Shown one piece after another: positions 39,483-47,884 of a stretch of DNA of 64,000 bases. This DNA comes from a virus: the IMG/VR virus record IMGVR_UViG_3300032245_001163, one strand, 5' to 3'. Both the position numbers and the translations under genes were made by a program. The notes under the pieces are model-generated. The model saw nothing but the letters and a program-made list of their open reading frames with translations, did not search any database and was not told the origin of the DNA. Numbering within the stretch: position 1 is the first letter of the stretch; every line of letters begins with the position of its first letter.

Positions 39483-40991
39483 TTAGGATAATCTAGTGTA
39501 GGTCAAGTATGCACCAGATTGCACGTTAATAGTTGATGCGCTGGTTTGTGCCTGAATAGCCACATTAGCATTGCCGGCACTGTAGATAGTGCCTGTAATT
39601 CTTGCTGTTCTTGGTGTGGTGCCAGTCATTGCTTGAGTAGCAGCGGCTGTGCCTGACACATTGGATGTTGATGTAGAGAAAGCCGAAGTTTGTGTGGTTT
39701 GCGCTTCCACAGTGTAATAACACGTTCCTGCATCAAAATACGTGCTGAATCCAGTTGTAGTAGCACCAGCAGGCAATATAGGCAAATATGCTTCAAACTT
39801 GTAGGTATAGCCGCCTAGCATGAAGAACCCTAATGTACCAACGTTGGCTTGCACAGCACTGTTAAATGCCACTGTAGTGGGCTGCCATACTATGTTTTCT
39901 ACACCAATACCTGTGCCATAACTGTTGCCAGTTACATTAAGGTTGGCACCAACAATGTTGCCCGAAGCCGTAACGGTACCACTGCGTACATTGCCTGTAG
40001 TGCTGAAATTTTGTGTGGCATTGAAGTTGGCAGCGTTTACGTTGCCAGTTACTGAAACTTGATCATCACTAACGATATTACCGCCACGAATGTTGCCAGT
40101 GGCAGTTATACCAGCAGACCCTGCGCTGACCGCACCTAAACTAATAACATTGCCACCAGTGATATTACCAGTGGCACTAATCAATCCTACTGTACGTAAA
40201 TTTCCACCTTGTATATTACCAGTTACAGTAGCAAGACCGGCTGTGATTAAATTAGCACCTGAAATATTAGCAGCCGAAGTCACATTACCACTTATATAAG
40301 CAGTACCAGTCACTGCCAATGTATCTAGTGGTGCCGCATTAGCAATGCCTACATTGCCTGAACTGCCAATCACTGTGATTCTAGTTGAGGGTGTTGAAGT
40401 ACTACCAGTTTGAATTTGAATATTGGCATTGCCATCACTGTCTTCGTACACCGCACGTATTCTTGCTGTAATTCTAGCGCCAGCACCTGTAGCGTCAGAT
40501 GTAAACCATTCTATACCACCAATATTTGATCCCACTGATGTAACTGCAATATTTGAATCACGAAATCTAATATTCTGATTGCTGGTTGCGTTTGAACTAT
40601 ATGCTATCAACATGTTGCCGTTGACAATGGATATGTTGCCTGCGCCAGCAGCATTGGTAGTATATAGACCACCAGTGGTATTGATATTCCCTGCGTCAAC
40701 GTTGCCCGTAAACCCTACTGCTCCGCCAAAAGTTGTACCTGATGGGGATACCACCATAACATTGGCCACACCACCAGGATTAAATGTAATATTGCCATTG
40801 ATAGTGGGTATTTCAACACTACTGGTACCATTAAAAATCTTGTCAGCGTTGATATTGCCGGTCAACACTGCATTGCCGGTTACTGTGAGATTGCCAATGA
40901 TGTTGACATTGGTACTGCTGAGAGTTACCAAATCGCCTGCATTTATGGTTTCTAGTGTGTAGTCGCCACTGACTCTTTTGACTGTTGACAT
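39483..40991 (-). CDS. Fibre-like virion protein with GNITGGN repeats
   Basis: Same repeat family; TAAATA and AAGGA upstream. Confidence 0.7.
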   Translation of the reverse strand: MSTVKRVSGDYTLETINAGDLVTLSSTNVNIIGNLTVTGNAVLTGNINADKIFNGTSSVEIPTINGNITFNPGGVANVMVVSPSGTTFGGAVGFTGNVDAGNINTTGGLYTTNAAGAGNISIVNGNMLIAYSSNATSNQNIRFRDSNIAVTSVGSNIGGIEWFTSDATGAGARITARIRAVYEDSDGNANIQIQTGSTSTPSTRITVIGSSGNVGIANAAPLDTLAVTGTAYISGNVTSAANISGANLITAGLATVTGNIQGGNLRTVGLISATGNITGGNVISLGAVSAGSAGITATGNIRGGNIVSDDQVSVTGNVNAANFNATQNFSTTGNVRSGTVTASGNIVGANLNVTGNSYGTGIGVENIVWQPTTVAFNSAVQANVGTLGFFMLGGYTYKFEAYLPILPAGATTTGFSTYFDAGTCYYTVEAQTTQTSAFSTSTSNVSGTAAATQAMTGTTPRTARITGTIYSAGNANVAIQAQTSASTINVQSGAYLTYTRLS

Positions 40992-41579
40992 TTAAAGGTC
41001 CTTTGCGTTATTTATGCGGTCAAGCAAGTCTGTCAAGGGCATGTTTTGTAAATTAGGAATATTGTTTAGTTCAGGAATACTGGCTGTGGTGTCGCCCATT
41101 ATGCGATGAAAACTGGTGTCAGGAAAATCTCTACAGATGGATACAAGTTGTTTAATCCAGTTGCCAGTAAATGTAGGCAAACTTGAGCTTTTTTTATAAA
41201 ATTCTGTGTCAGCATACACATTGTTAAATTTGTTGCCAGTAGTTGGTCCCATATCAAACCCAATGAGATACACAGCAACATGCTTGTCTAATGCTGCCAA
41301 AGCCACTGCAATGGGTCCTGAACTGAATCCAAAATAACTTTGTGGCACAGTTCGTGCGCCCAATCCTGGCAAGGGTTTTCTAGTGTACATTGTGTGATTT
41401 TGAGCATACCCAGAATTTTGAATTGTTTGTGAAATGCCCCGATCTGTGCTGACTAAAACATCAGGCGCAAATTCTCTATACAAGGCATTACATCCGTAGA
41501 TTTTGCCACGTTGTTTTAATTGATTTAAATCTACTGCTAGTCGGCTAACGCCGTTGCCCAATACAAATGCTGCGGTCAT
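40992..41579 (-). CDS. Hypothetical protein, Maf/sialyltransferase-like Rossmann fold
   Basis: AFVLGNGVSR, YGCNALYREF-PD, SSG, YLIGFD. Confidence 0.55.
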   Translation of the reverse strand: MTAAFVLGNGVSRLAVDLNQLKQRGKIYGCNALYREFAPDVLVSTDRGISQTIQNSGYAQNHTMYTRKPLPGLGARTVPQSYFGFSSGPIAVALAALDKHVAVYLIGFDMGPTTGNKFNNVYADTEFYKKSSSLPTFTGNWIKQLVSICRDFPDTSFHRIMGDTTASIPELNNIPNLQNMPLTDLLDRINNAKDL

Positions 41580-41612
41580 AAAAAATCCCCCCTGTATGTA
41601 TCAGGGAGGATT
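41580..41612 (-). terminator. Rho-independent terminator after 41632..42402
   Basis: Minus strand AATCCTCCCTG-atacata-CAGGGGGGATT-TTTT. Confidence 0.7.
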
Positions 41613-41631
41613 GATCAATCAACTATTTTGA

Positions 41632-42402
41632 TTATGCATCGTATCTGTTGATCTGCGCCAATGTGATATTGGTTTGTGCAGTACCAGACTTGATAGCAGT
41701 CTCGCCTTGATCAAAGAAGTTGGCCAAATAACGAATACGCTGAACAACTGAGGCAGCGTCATATGTATTACCGCCGGTCCAATCCAAAGCGTACTTGTTG
41801 GTAAGTTTGCTTACACGAGTGGTTGCACTGTCGCCAATGTCCATGGTAATGGTCATATTGCCAGCAGTCAATGAGGAATTAGCTTCGTTGCTGAGTGTGC
41901 AAATTCCCACCAATTGCACTGTGCCTGTGCCTGTGCCCACACCAGTGGCTGTGAAAATATCACCAATTACAACACTGCTGGTTGGGCCGCCGATTTCAGA
42001 CCAAGGTGTAGTGCCAGTGGTTAACACACGATATGTATTGCCGGCCACTGTTGATGTGGCATTGATTGAAGTCAATGCTGCCACTTTGTACTGATAAGCA
42101 CCTTTTTGTGTGATGATAAATCCGTCGTCTTCTGATCCGCCAGTAATGTACACGCGAATTTTCACTGTGGGGTAGTCAGCACCGGTTAGCACCATGGCTT
42201 GACCGGGCACAGTGTTTGAACCACCCACAACACCAAAGTATTGTGCATTGGTATATGTGGCAGGTTTTACTGGTGCGGTCAGTTGTCCAAAAATTGGATA
42301 TGCTGAATCCACTACAACAGGCACACCAAGGCCTGCAGAAGTGCTAGTACCGGTATCACCAGAACCAAGAGAGTATTGTTGAATTTTAAGAGGACGTCCC
42401 AT
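41632..42402 (-). CDS. Hypothetical virion protein, possibly capsid-associated
   Basis: 256 aa, strong AAGGAG SD, own late promoter and terminator, near the capsid gene. Confidence 0.7.
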   Translation of the reverse strand: MGRPLKIQQYSLGSGDTGTSTSAGLGVPVVVDSAYPIFGQLTAPVKPATYTNAQYFGVVGGSNTVPGQAMVLTGADYPTVKIRVYITGGSEDDGFIITQKGAYQYKVAALTSINATSTVAGNTYRVLTTGTTPWSEIGGPTSSVVIGDIFTATGVGTGTGTVQLVGICTLSNEANSSLTAGNMTITMDIGDSATTRVSKLTNKYALDWTGGNTYDAASVVQRIRYLANFFDQGETAIKSGTAQTNITLAQINRYDA

Positions 42403-42498
42403 TTTGTTTTCTCCTTAAAGAAGTCCGATGCGAGTTCTAGTCGCTACGCGGCGGGTTAAACCGCATAAAACGCATTATTGCGTTGACTTTTATTTATA
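42403..42498 (-). promoter_or_regulatory. Late promoter TATAAATA plus structured multi-hairpin 5' leader
   Basis: TATAAATA at 42498-42491; hairpins AACGCA/TGCGTT, GCGG/CCGC and GCGA/TCGC closed by AAGTC/GACTT. Confidence 0.55.
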
Positions 42499-42511
42499 GA
42501 TACCGTAAAAT
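42483..42511 (+). promoter_or_regulatory. Sigma70-type promoter for the TPR-GT9 gene
   Basis: TTGACT-N17-TAAAAT. Confidence 0.6.
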
Positions 42512-42544
42512 AATAAACCGCACTGTATATACTGTAAATATTGC

Positions 42545-43693
42545 ATGGACTCATCACAACTCATCGAAGAAGGCAACCAATATCGTGCCAACAATCAACC
42601 TGCACAGGCGTTGCAGTGTTATACCTTGGCCATGTGCCAAGACCCAGATTCTGCGGCAGCATTCAACAACTATGGCAATGTCATGCGAGAAATGGGACAA
42701 CCTCGCAGAGGCATACCGTTTTTGGAACATGCTGCCATACTTGATCCCAACAACGTTACAGCACGTTTTAACTTGGCCGTGAGTTATTTGATCACGGGCG
42801 ACTATGTTCGAGGTTGGCCAGCATACGAAGCACGTTGGCAGTATGAACATCTAGCTGGTTCATTGCCACAGCATGCTCAACCTCGTTGGACTGGACAAGA
42901 CTTAAAAGATAAGACCATATTGGTAGTAGGCGAGCAAGGACATGGAGACAACATACAGTTTTGTAGATTTTTAGTTAACTTGCATGCTGCTGGCGCAAAA
43001 ATACTGTTCCAGGTTACCGATGGTATGATACCATTATTATCCAATGCCAGCATTATCAATTGGATTGGAAGATACACTGATGAGCCACCTGAGTTTGATT
43101 ATTGGGTGCCAATTATGAGTATTCCTGGAGTGTTGGGCATTACATTAGATAATCTTCCCCGACAAATCAGTTATATCAATGCACAAGAAACTGATGTCAA
43201 AACGTGGTTGCAACGCATGGGCCCTAAGACACGCATGCGTGTGGGTTTCTCGTGGTCGGGACGCAGAGATGCCTGGCTCAACAAACACAAAGGTGTACCA
43301 TTTGAAACCATGTTAGAAATGGTTAAAAACAATCCCCAGTATGAGTGGATAAACTTACAAGTGGATGCCACTGATGAAGAATCACAGGCCATGGCTGCAG
43401 CCGGAGTAACCATGTATCCAGGTGCTATTGCTAGTTTTTCTGACACTGCGGCACTGATGATGTGTTTGGATGTGGTAATTTCTGTGGATACTGCCATCAC
43501 ACATCTTGCAGGTTCATTGGGTAGACCAACTTGGTTGATGTTGCAGTGGTTTGCTACAGACTGGCGCTGGATGTTGGATCGTGATTCTAGCCCTTGGTAT
43601 CCTACTACTAGAATATTCCGTCAACCTAGCATGGGAGATTGGAACAGCGTTACCAAGAAGATAGAACAATATCTAACGTGGTTCAAAGTATAG
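42545..43693 (+). CDS. TPR-repeat glycosyltransferase family 9-like protein
   Basis: N-terminal TPRs; EQGHGDNIQF, DVVISVDTAITHLAGSLG, DWRW...SPWYP...FRQ. Confidence 0.9.
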   Translation: MDSSQLIEEGNQYRANNQPAQALQCYTLAMCQDPDSAAAFNNYGNVMREMGQPRRGIPFLEHAAILDPNNVTARFNLAVSYLITGDYVRGWPAYEARWQYEHLAGSLPQHAQPRWTGQDLKDKTILVVGEQGHGDNIQFCRFLVNLHAAGAKILFQVTDGMIPLLSNASIINWIGRYTDEPPEFDYWVPIMSIPGVLGITLDNLPRQISYINAQETDVKTWLQRMGPKTRMRVGFSWSGRRDAWLNKHKGVPFETMLEMVKNNPQYEWINLQVDATDEESQAMAAAGVTMYPGAIASFSDTAALMMCLDVVISVDTAITHLAGSLGRPTWLMLQWFATDWRWMLDRDSSPWYPTTRIFRQPSMGDWNSVTKKIEQYLTWFKV

Positions 43694-43695
43694 CC

Positions 43696-43727
43696 AACAA
43701 AAAAGCACCCGAGGGTGCTTTTTTGTT
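43696..43727. terminator. Bidirectional rho-independent terminator between GT9 and capsid genes
   Basis: aacaaaaaagcaccc-ga-gggtgcttttttgtt. Confidence 0.9.
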
Positions 43728-43756
43728 CCTTCCCATCCCTGGGTTGGATTCTCTGA

Positions 43757-44953
43757 TTAGGAGAATGAAAGGTTAGACACAGCGATCTCACCAACATAGT
43801 CACCAGCATTGCCGAAGCTAGATGCAGTGTTTGTCAGTTCGATATAACCATAACGTGTCATGAATGACACGACTGGTTCAAATGTGCTTGGATCCAACAC
43901 CACGCCTGAAGACATCAATGGGATGTATGGGCAGTAGAATGCTGGTGCGTCAGCTTCTGAAGAACCTTTGTATCCGACCAACACTGATTGTGTGTCAGCA
44001 GCATAGCTGTCAACGAACACTCTCATAGAGCCGTTCAATGTACCAACAAACTTGGTGTTGGTAGGTGCTTCAAATGTACCTTCTGTAGTGCGAGCAAAAG
44101 CAGAAGTTGTTGCAGATTGCAACACTGTCAACGCAGCTGAAGAAACCACAGCGTAGTTACCAGCGCCACGACGTGTGCGTTGAGCAATCAAGTTAGCAAC
44201 ACGGTTAACCAACACAGCCAAAGCAGCGTGTTCGTCACCAACGAATGTTGCTGTACCAGAAACGGTAGCTTGGTTGTATGTGAACTCAGTAGAAGCCAGT
44301 GAACGCAAGCTCAAGAGAATCTCTTGGTCAATTTCAGCTGTAATTTCTTGAGCCAGTGCTGCCATGATTTCTGCTTCAACGTCAATACCATGCATGGCTT
44401 GTGCGTCTTGTGCAGATTCAAATGTCCAGCGAGCTTGCAACTTACGTGTGCGAGCTTCAACGGCTTGCTTCAGGATTTGAACGCTGATTTGCTTACCGCC
44501 AGTACCTTCCATGGTAGCTGTGTTGCCGCCAGTATAGTTGGTAGCTGTGTTTGTACCGCTAGGAACGGTAGAATATGCCTGAGCAATTTTGAATGGGCTC
44601 AATGCTTCTTCACCAGCTGATACAGAAGTAGCGGCTGCGGAAGTGTCTGTCAAGCTGTTGGCATAACGCACACGCAGGGTGTGGATTTGACCAACTGGAC
44701 CTGTCATGGGCTGAACGCCAACCAACTCGTTAGCAATAACGGTGGGCATAACACGACGGATCACTGGCAGAATAACACGGTTAAGTGTTGCAATGTTGCC
44801 AGCAGCAGTAGAACCTGCTGTTGCATTCTCTTTCAAATAGCGACGAGTGTTTTCGAGGATAACATTCATGCTATTGCGTTTGGTTCCATTAAGACCTTCT
44901 AACAGTGCCTCTTTGGTTTCGCCCCAACGACTTTCTAATAGTTCTTGTGACAT
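43757..44953 (-). CDS. gp23: Major capsid protein (gp23-like)
   Basis: VGVQPMTGPVGQI, ARTRKLQARWTFESAQD, EIDQEI, FYCPYIPL, FMTRYG. Confidence 0.97.
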   Translation of the reverse strand: MSQELLESRWGETKEALLEGLNGTKRNSMNVILENTRRYLKENATAGSTAAGNIATLNRVILPVIRRVMPTVIANELVGVQPMTGPVGQIHTLRVRYANSLTDTSAAATSVSAGEEALSPFKIAQAYSTVPSGTNTATNYTGGNTATMEGTGGKQISVQILKQAVEARTRKLQARWTFESAQDAQAMHGIDVEAEIMAALAQEITAEIDQEILLSLRSLASTEFTYNQATVSGTATFVGDEHAALAVLVNRVANLIAQRTRRGAGNYAVVSSAALTVLQSATTSAFARTTEGTFEAPTNTKFVGTLNGSMRVFVDSYAADTQSVLVGYKGSSEADAPAFYCPYIPLMSSGVVLDPSTFEPVVSFMTRYGYIELTNTASSFGNAGDYVGEIAVSNLSFS

Positions 44954-44972
44954 TTAAGTCTCCTTGTTAAGA

Positions 44973-46061
44973 TTAAAGACCTGCCAGGCGCTTGAGGTCA
45001 ATCACGTTGCTGCGATCTTCCGACACACTGGGAACAGTATTTTTATCACCAGTTACTGAGGTAACAGATTCTGCAATCACTTTGCGGGCTTTTACAGATC
45101 TATCTTCCAACACTGCTGGTAGATACTTTTCAAAAGCAGACTTCAAACGGGGTGTTTGAACGCTTTCGAGTAAATTACGCATGACTTCTTGCTTTTCCTG
45201 GTTTAAGGGACGTAGCAATTCATCCAGGGTGCTTTCGCGCTCATTGGACTCACGGATCATACGCAGTTCACGTTCTTTTGACTCAACCACAGCCTTAGCG
45301 GTATGGGTGATGTCGATTGCTTTACGCAATTTCTGATCTTTCTCAGCAATAATGTCATACAGTTTACGGACTTCTGCCTTCTCATTGAGATGGGTAGCAC
45401 CGAACTCTGCTGCATACGCTTCGAAGATTCTGCGACCAAAATTGTTCTCGCGAGCAATTTTGATGTCTTCTTGTAACTGATTCAACTCAGCCTTTAGATG
45501 ACGACTAACAGCTTGACTCATCTTCTCAGCAGATTCTTTTACGAAACGGCTCTTCAACTGTTCAAGTTTGCCACGTGCTTCACGTACCAGACGCACTTTT
45601 GTCTCTACGACATCGCGTTTGTCTTTGGCGAATTCTGTGATTTCACGTGCCAATGCTTGCACCACGAAGTTTTCAAGTTTTTCAACTCCTTCGGTGTGCA
45701 TTTTGCGGTCTTTGCGCAATTCGCCAATTTCTTCTGCAAGTTTAGAAACCATAAAGTTGTTAAACTTTGTGGCTGACTCTTTCATCTTGCCTTGGAACTT
45801 GACGCGATCTTCCGCCAGTGCTTGCTTCTCAGCAGCCACTTGCGCAATTTCTGCGGCCAAACCTTCTGTTACCATCTTGTCTAGGGCTTCTACCATTACT
45901 GTCTTGTCATGCTCGTAGCGTTGTGCAAACTCTTCTCTGAGTTCTGCACGTACCTGTTCACGGGCTTCGTTCAGTTTGCCTTCCCAAGCTTCGTTGAGTT
46001 CTTTACTGACGTCTTCGTTAATTAGGCCACTATCAAGCAGGGGTTTAATTGCATCAAACAT
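44973..46061 (-). CDS. gp22: Prohead core scaffolding protein (gp22-like)
   Basis: Coiled-coil, Glu/Lys-rich, GRRIFEAYAAEF; located between protease and capsid genes. Confidence 0.85.
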   Translation of the reverse strand: MFDAIKPLLDSGLINEDVSKELNEAWEGKLNEAREQVRAELREEFAQRYEHDKTVMVEALDKMVTEGLAAEIAQVAAEKQALAEDRVKFQGKMKESATKFNNFMVSKLAEEIGELRKDRKMHTEGVEKLENFVVQALAREITEFAKDKRDVVETKVRLVREARGKLEQLKSRFVKESAEKMSQAVSRHLKAELNQLQEDIKIARENNFGRRIFEAYAAEFGATHLNEKAEVRKLYDIIAEKDQKLRKAIDITHTAKAVVESKERELRMIRESNERESTLDELLRPLNQEKQEVMRNLLESVQTPRLKSAFEKYLPAVLEDRSVKARKVIAESVTSVTGDKNTVPSVSEDRSNVIDLKRLAGL

Positions 46062-46073
46062 GCCTGGTTCTCC

Positions 46074-46712
46074 TTAGATTTTGAGATCCCGAATGAGTCT
46101 TTTAACTTCATTCTTTAGGTATCTCTGCACTTTGTCGCTCTCGCCAGATTCCCGTGCCATCTCCATTAGTTTATGACCGTGCTTCATGTTCATGAGACCT
46201 TCATAAATTGCTGTTGGATAAGCATTGGGTGCGCTGGGTTGTGCAACCACATCTATAGTGACAATTTCAAAGTCACTTACATGTCCTGTTCTGTCGTCTA
46301 CGTTGCCGCTGCCACGACTGCTGACGCCAAGTTTTACACCTGACGTGATCAGCGTTTTAATCAATTCTCCCATGGGAGTTGGCAATATCTTCAACTTACC
46401 GCAACCAGCATGTCCGTCCATCCACATGCCTTCAACTGTGTGGCACACACGATCTAAATTAATCTTTAGATCATCTGGATGGTCCACTTCACCTAAAACG
46501 GAGTTGCCGTTGTGGATCTGTTCGTTGATGGTTTCTACTGCCTTGATAATTTCGTGTCGGGGGTAGATACGTTCATTTGCATTGCGTTTGTCGCCTTCAA
46601 TGCAAATGCCTTTGAGGTAGAGATTCTTTTTGCCATGCATATCAGCCTCTTCCAAGACTTGGATATTGGCCTGGCTAAAAGTTAAATCTTCTCTTAGGTA
46701 TCTAGATGACAT
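46074..46712 (-). CDS. gp21: Prohead protease (gp21-like)
   Basis: NANERIYP, GEVDHP, GVSSRGSG, DVVAQPSAPNA. Confidence 0.95.
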   Translation of the reverse strand: MSSRYLREDLTFSQANIQVLEEADMHGKKNLYLKGICIEGDKRNANERIYPRHEIIKAVETINEQIHNGNSVLGEVDHPDDLKINLDRVCHTVEGMWMDGHAGCGKLKILPTPMGELIKTLITSGVKLGVSSRGSGNVDDRTGHVSDFEIVTIDVVAQPSAPNAYPTAIYEGLMNMKHGHKLMEMARESGESDKVQRYLKNEVKRLIRDLKI

Positions 46713-46716
46713 CTAA

Positions 46717-47553
46717 TTAAGCCTTACGTCCACCGGGAAGTGGGCTCTTGTTGTTTTGACCTTCACTACCGGCGCCCATTTTAGGCTTTGGTGCTGCTGA
46801 AGGCTTTTGTGTGCCTTGTGCAGGTGTATTACCAACTTTGCCGATCAAGTCTTTTGTATTGTTGCTGTAAGCAGATGTGTCATGATGTCCACCTTCGGCT
46901 GCACCAGTGTGAACTGGACGGCTAGCCATGCCAGCTTGTCCGCTGTTTGCTGCGTAGGTAGACTTCTTGTTCACGCCGCCTTCTTCACTGGTAACTGGCT
47001 TTGGGGCTGCTTTAAGACTAACAGCTTCCATCATGCCTGGTTCCATTTCGTCAGTGTCGTCCATTTCAATAGCATCGCCGCCTTCGTCAGGACCAAAACC
47101 GTCGCCATCGCCCATGAGGTCTTCAAATTCGGCCATCAACTGGTCCAATTTGTCTTCTAAATTCATGATGTCGTCTTTGGTTGCAGGTTCGTCGCTGCCA
47201 CCTTCTTCGTCGCCCATGCTAAATTCTGCTTCTTCGCCGTCGTCACCAACGTCGATGTCTAATTCTTCTTCTTCGCCTTCGCCTTCCATGTTCATGTCAG
47301 ATTCTTCTTCCATTTCCACGTCGTCGATTAGGTCGTCGCTGGCGTCGCCGCCCATGCCTTCTTCAATGTCTTCTTCAGAACTTTCGTCCAGCTCTTCTTC
47401 AGCGCCTTCGTCTAGTTCTTCTTCGGCTTCTTCAGCCATGATATTTTCATAGATTTGACGGCTTTTCTCCACAACAATGTCGTGGAAAAGTTCGCGGGCT
47501 TTCGCCTCTTCGTCATTGATTACATATTCAATCAATTGTTCAAAACGGTTCAT
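46717..47553 (-). CDS. Highly acidic prohead core protein (gp67/gp68-like position)
   Basis: Asp/Glu tracts with many LxE/IxE sites; located between portal and protease genes. Confidence 0.65.
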   Translation of the reverse strand: MNRFEQLIEYVINDEEAKARELFHDIVVEKSRQIYENIMAEEAEEELDEGAEEELDESSEEDIEEGMGGDASDDLIDDVEMEEESDMNMEGEGEEEELDIDVGDDGEEAEFSMGDEEGGSDEPATKDDIMNLEDKLDQLMAEFEDLMGDGDGFGPDEGGDAIEMDDTDEMEPGMMEAVSLKAAPKPVTSEEGGVNKKSTYAANSGQAGMASRPVHTGAAEGGHHDTSAYSNNTKDLIGKVGNTPAQGTQKPSAAPKPKMGAGSEGQNNKSPLPGGRKA

Positions 47554-47651
47554 ATGGGAAACTCCTATAGGTAAAGTGTGCTGTTATTTACACACAAGGA
47601 GAAAAAGACGTGGTTTAAGGGGTAAAAAGGCGTAGAAATGTTGCAAACTTT

Positions 47652-47876
47652 TTACATACCCGCCGGTGGGGCAGGAGGAGGTGCGTATTGCTTGCGCACC
47701 AGTTTTAGTTTTTCTTTGAATTCGTACATTCTCACATCGTTCATTTTTCTCAACTTGTTGAGTTGACGCAGTGTGAGACGACTTTTGCGCAAATCACCCT
47801 CTTGCGGCTGACTGTTGTCTTGCGACAAGTCTTGAAACGCTTCAGGGTCTTTGCGAAAGAATTCAGTTAACAGCAT
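47652..47876 (-). CDS. Small hypothetical head-region protein
   Basis: MLLTEFF...RKSRLTLRQLNKLRKM; TATAAATA 5 nt upstream. Confidence 0.7.
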   Translation of the reverse strand: MLLTEFFRKDPEAFQDLSQDNSQPQEGDLRKSRLTLRQLNKLRKMNDVRMYEFKEKLKLVRKQYAPPPAPPAGM

Positions 47877-47884
47877 GTTGTTAT

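Noticed and set aside
32061-40962. Many long plus-strand ORFs rich in LPPVMLPVA (also at 6907..7362)
   Set aside because: Antisense shadows of the GNITGGN repeat codons, with no SD or promoter and no independent motifs
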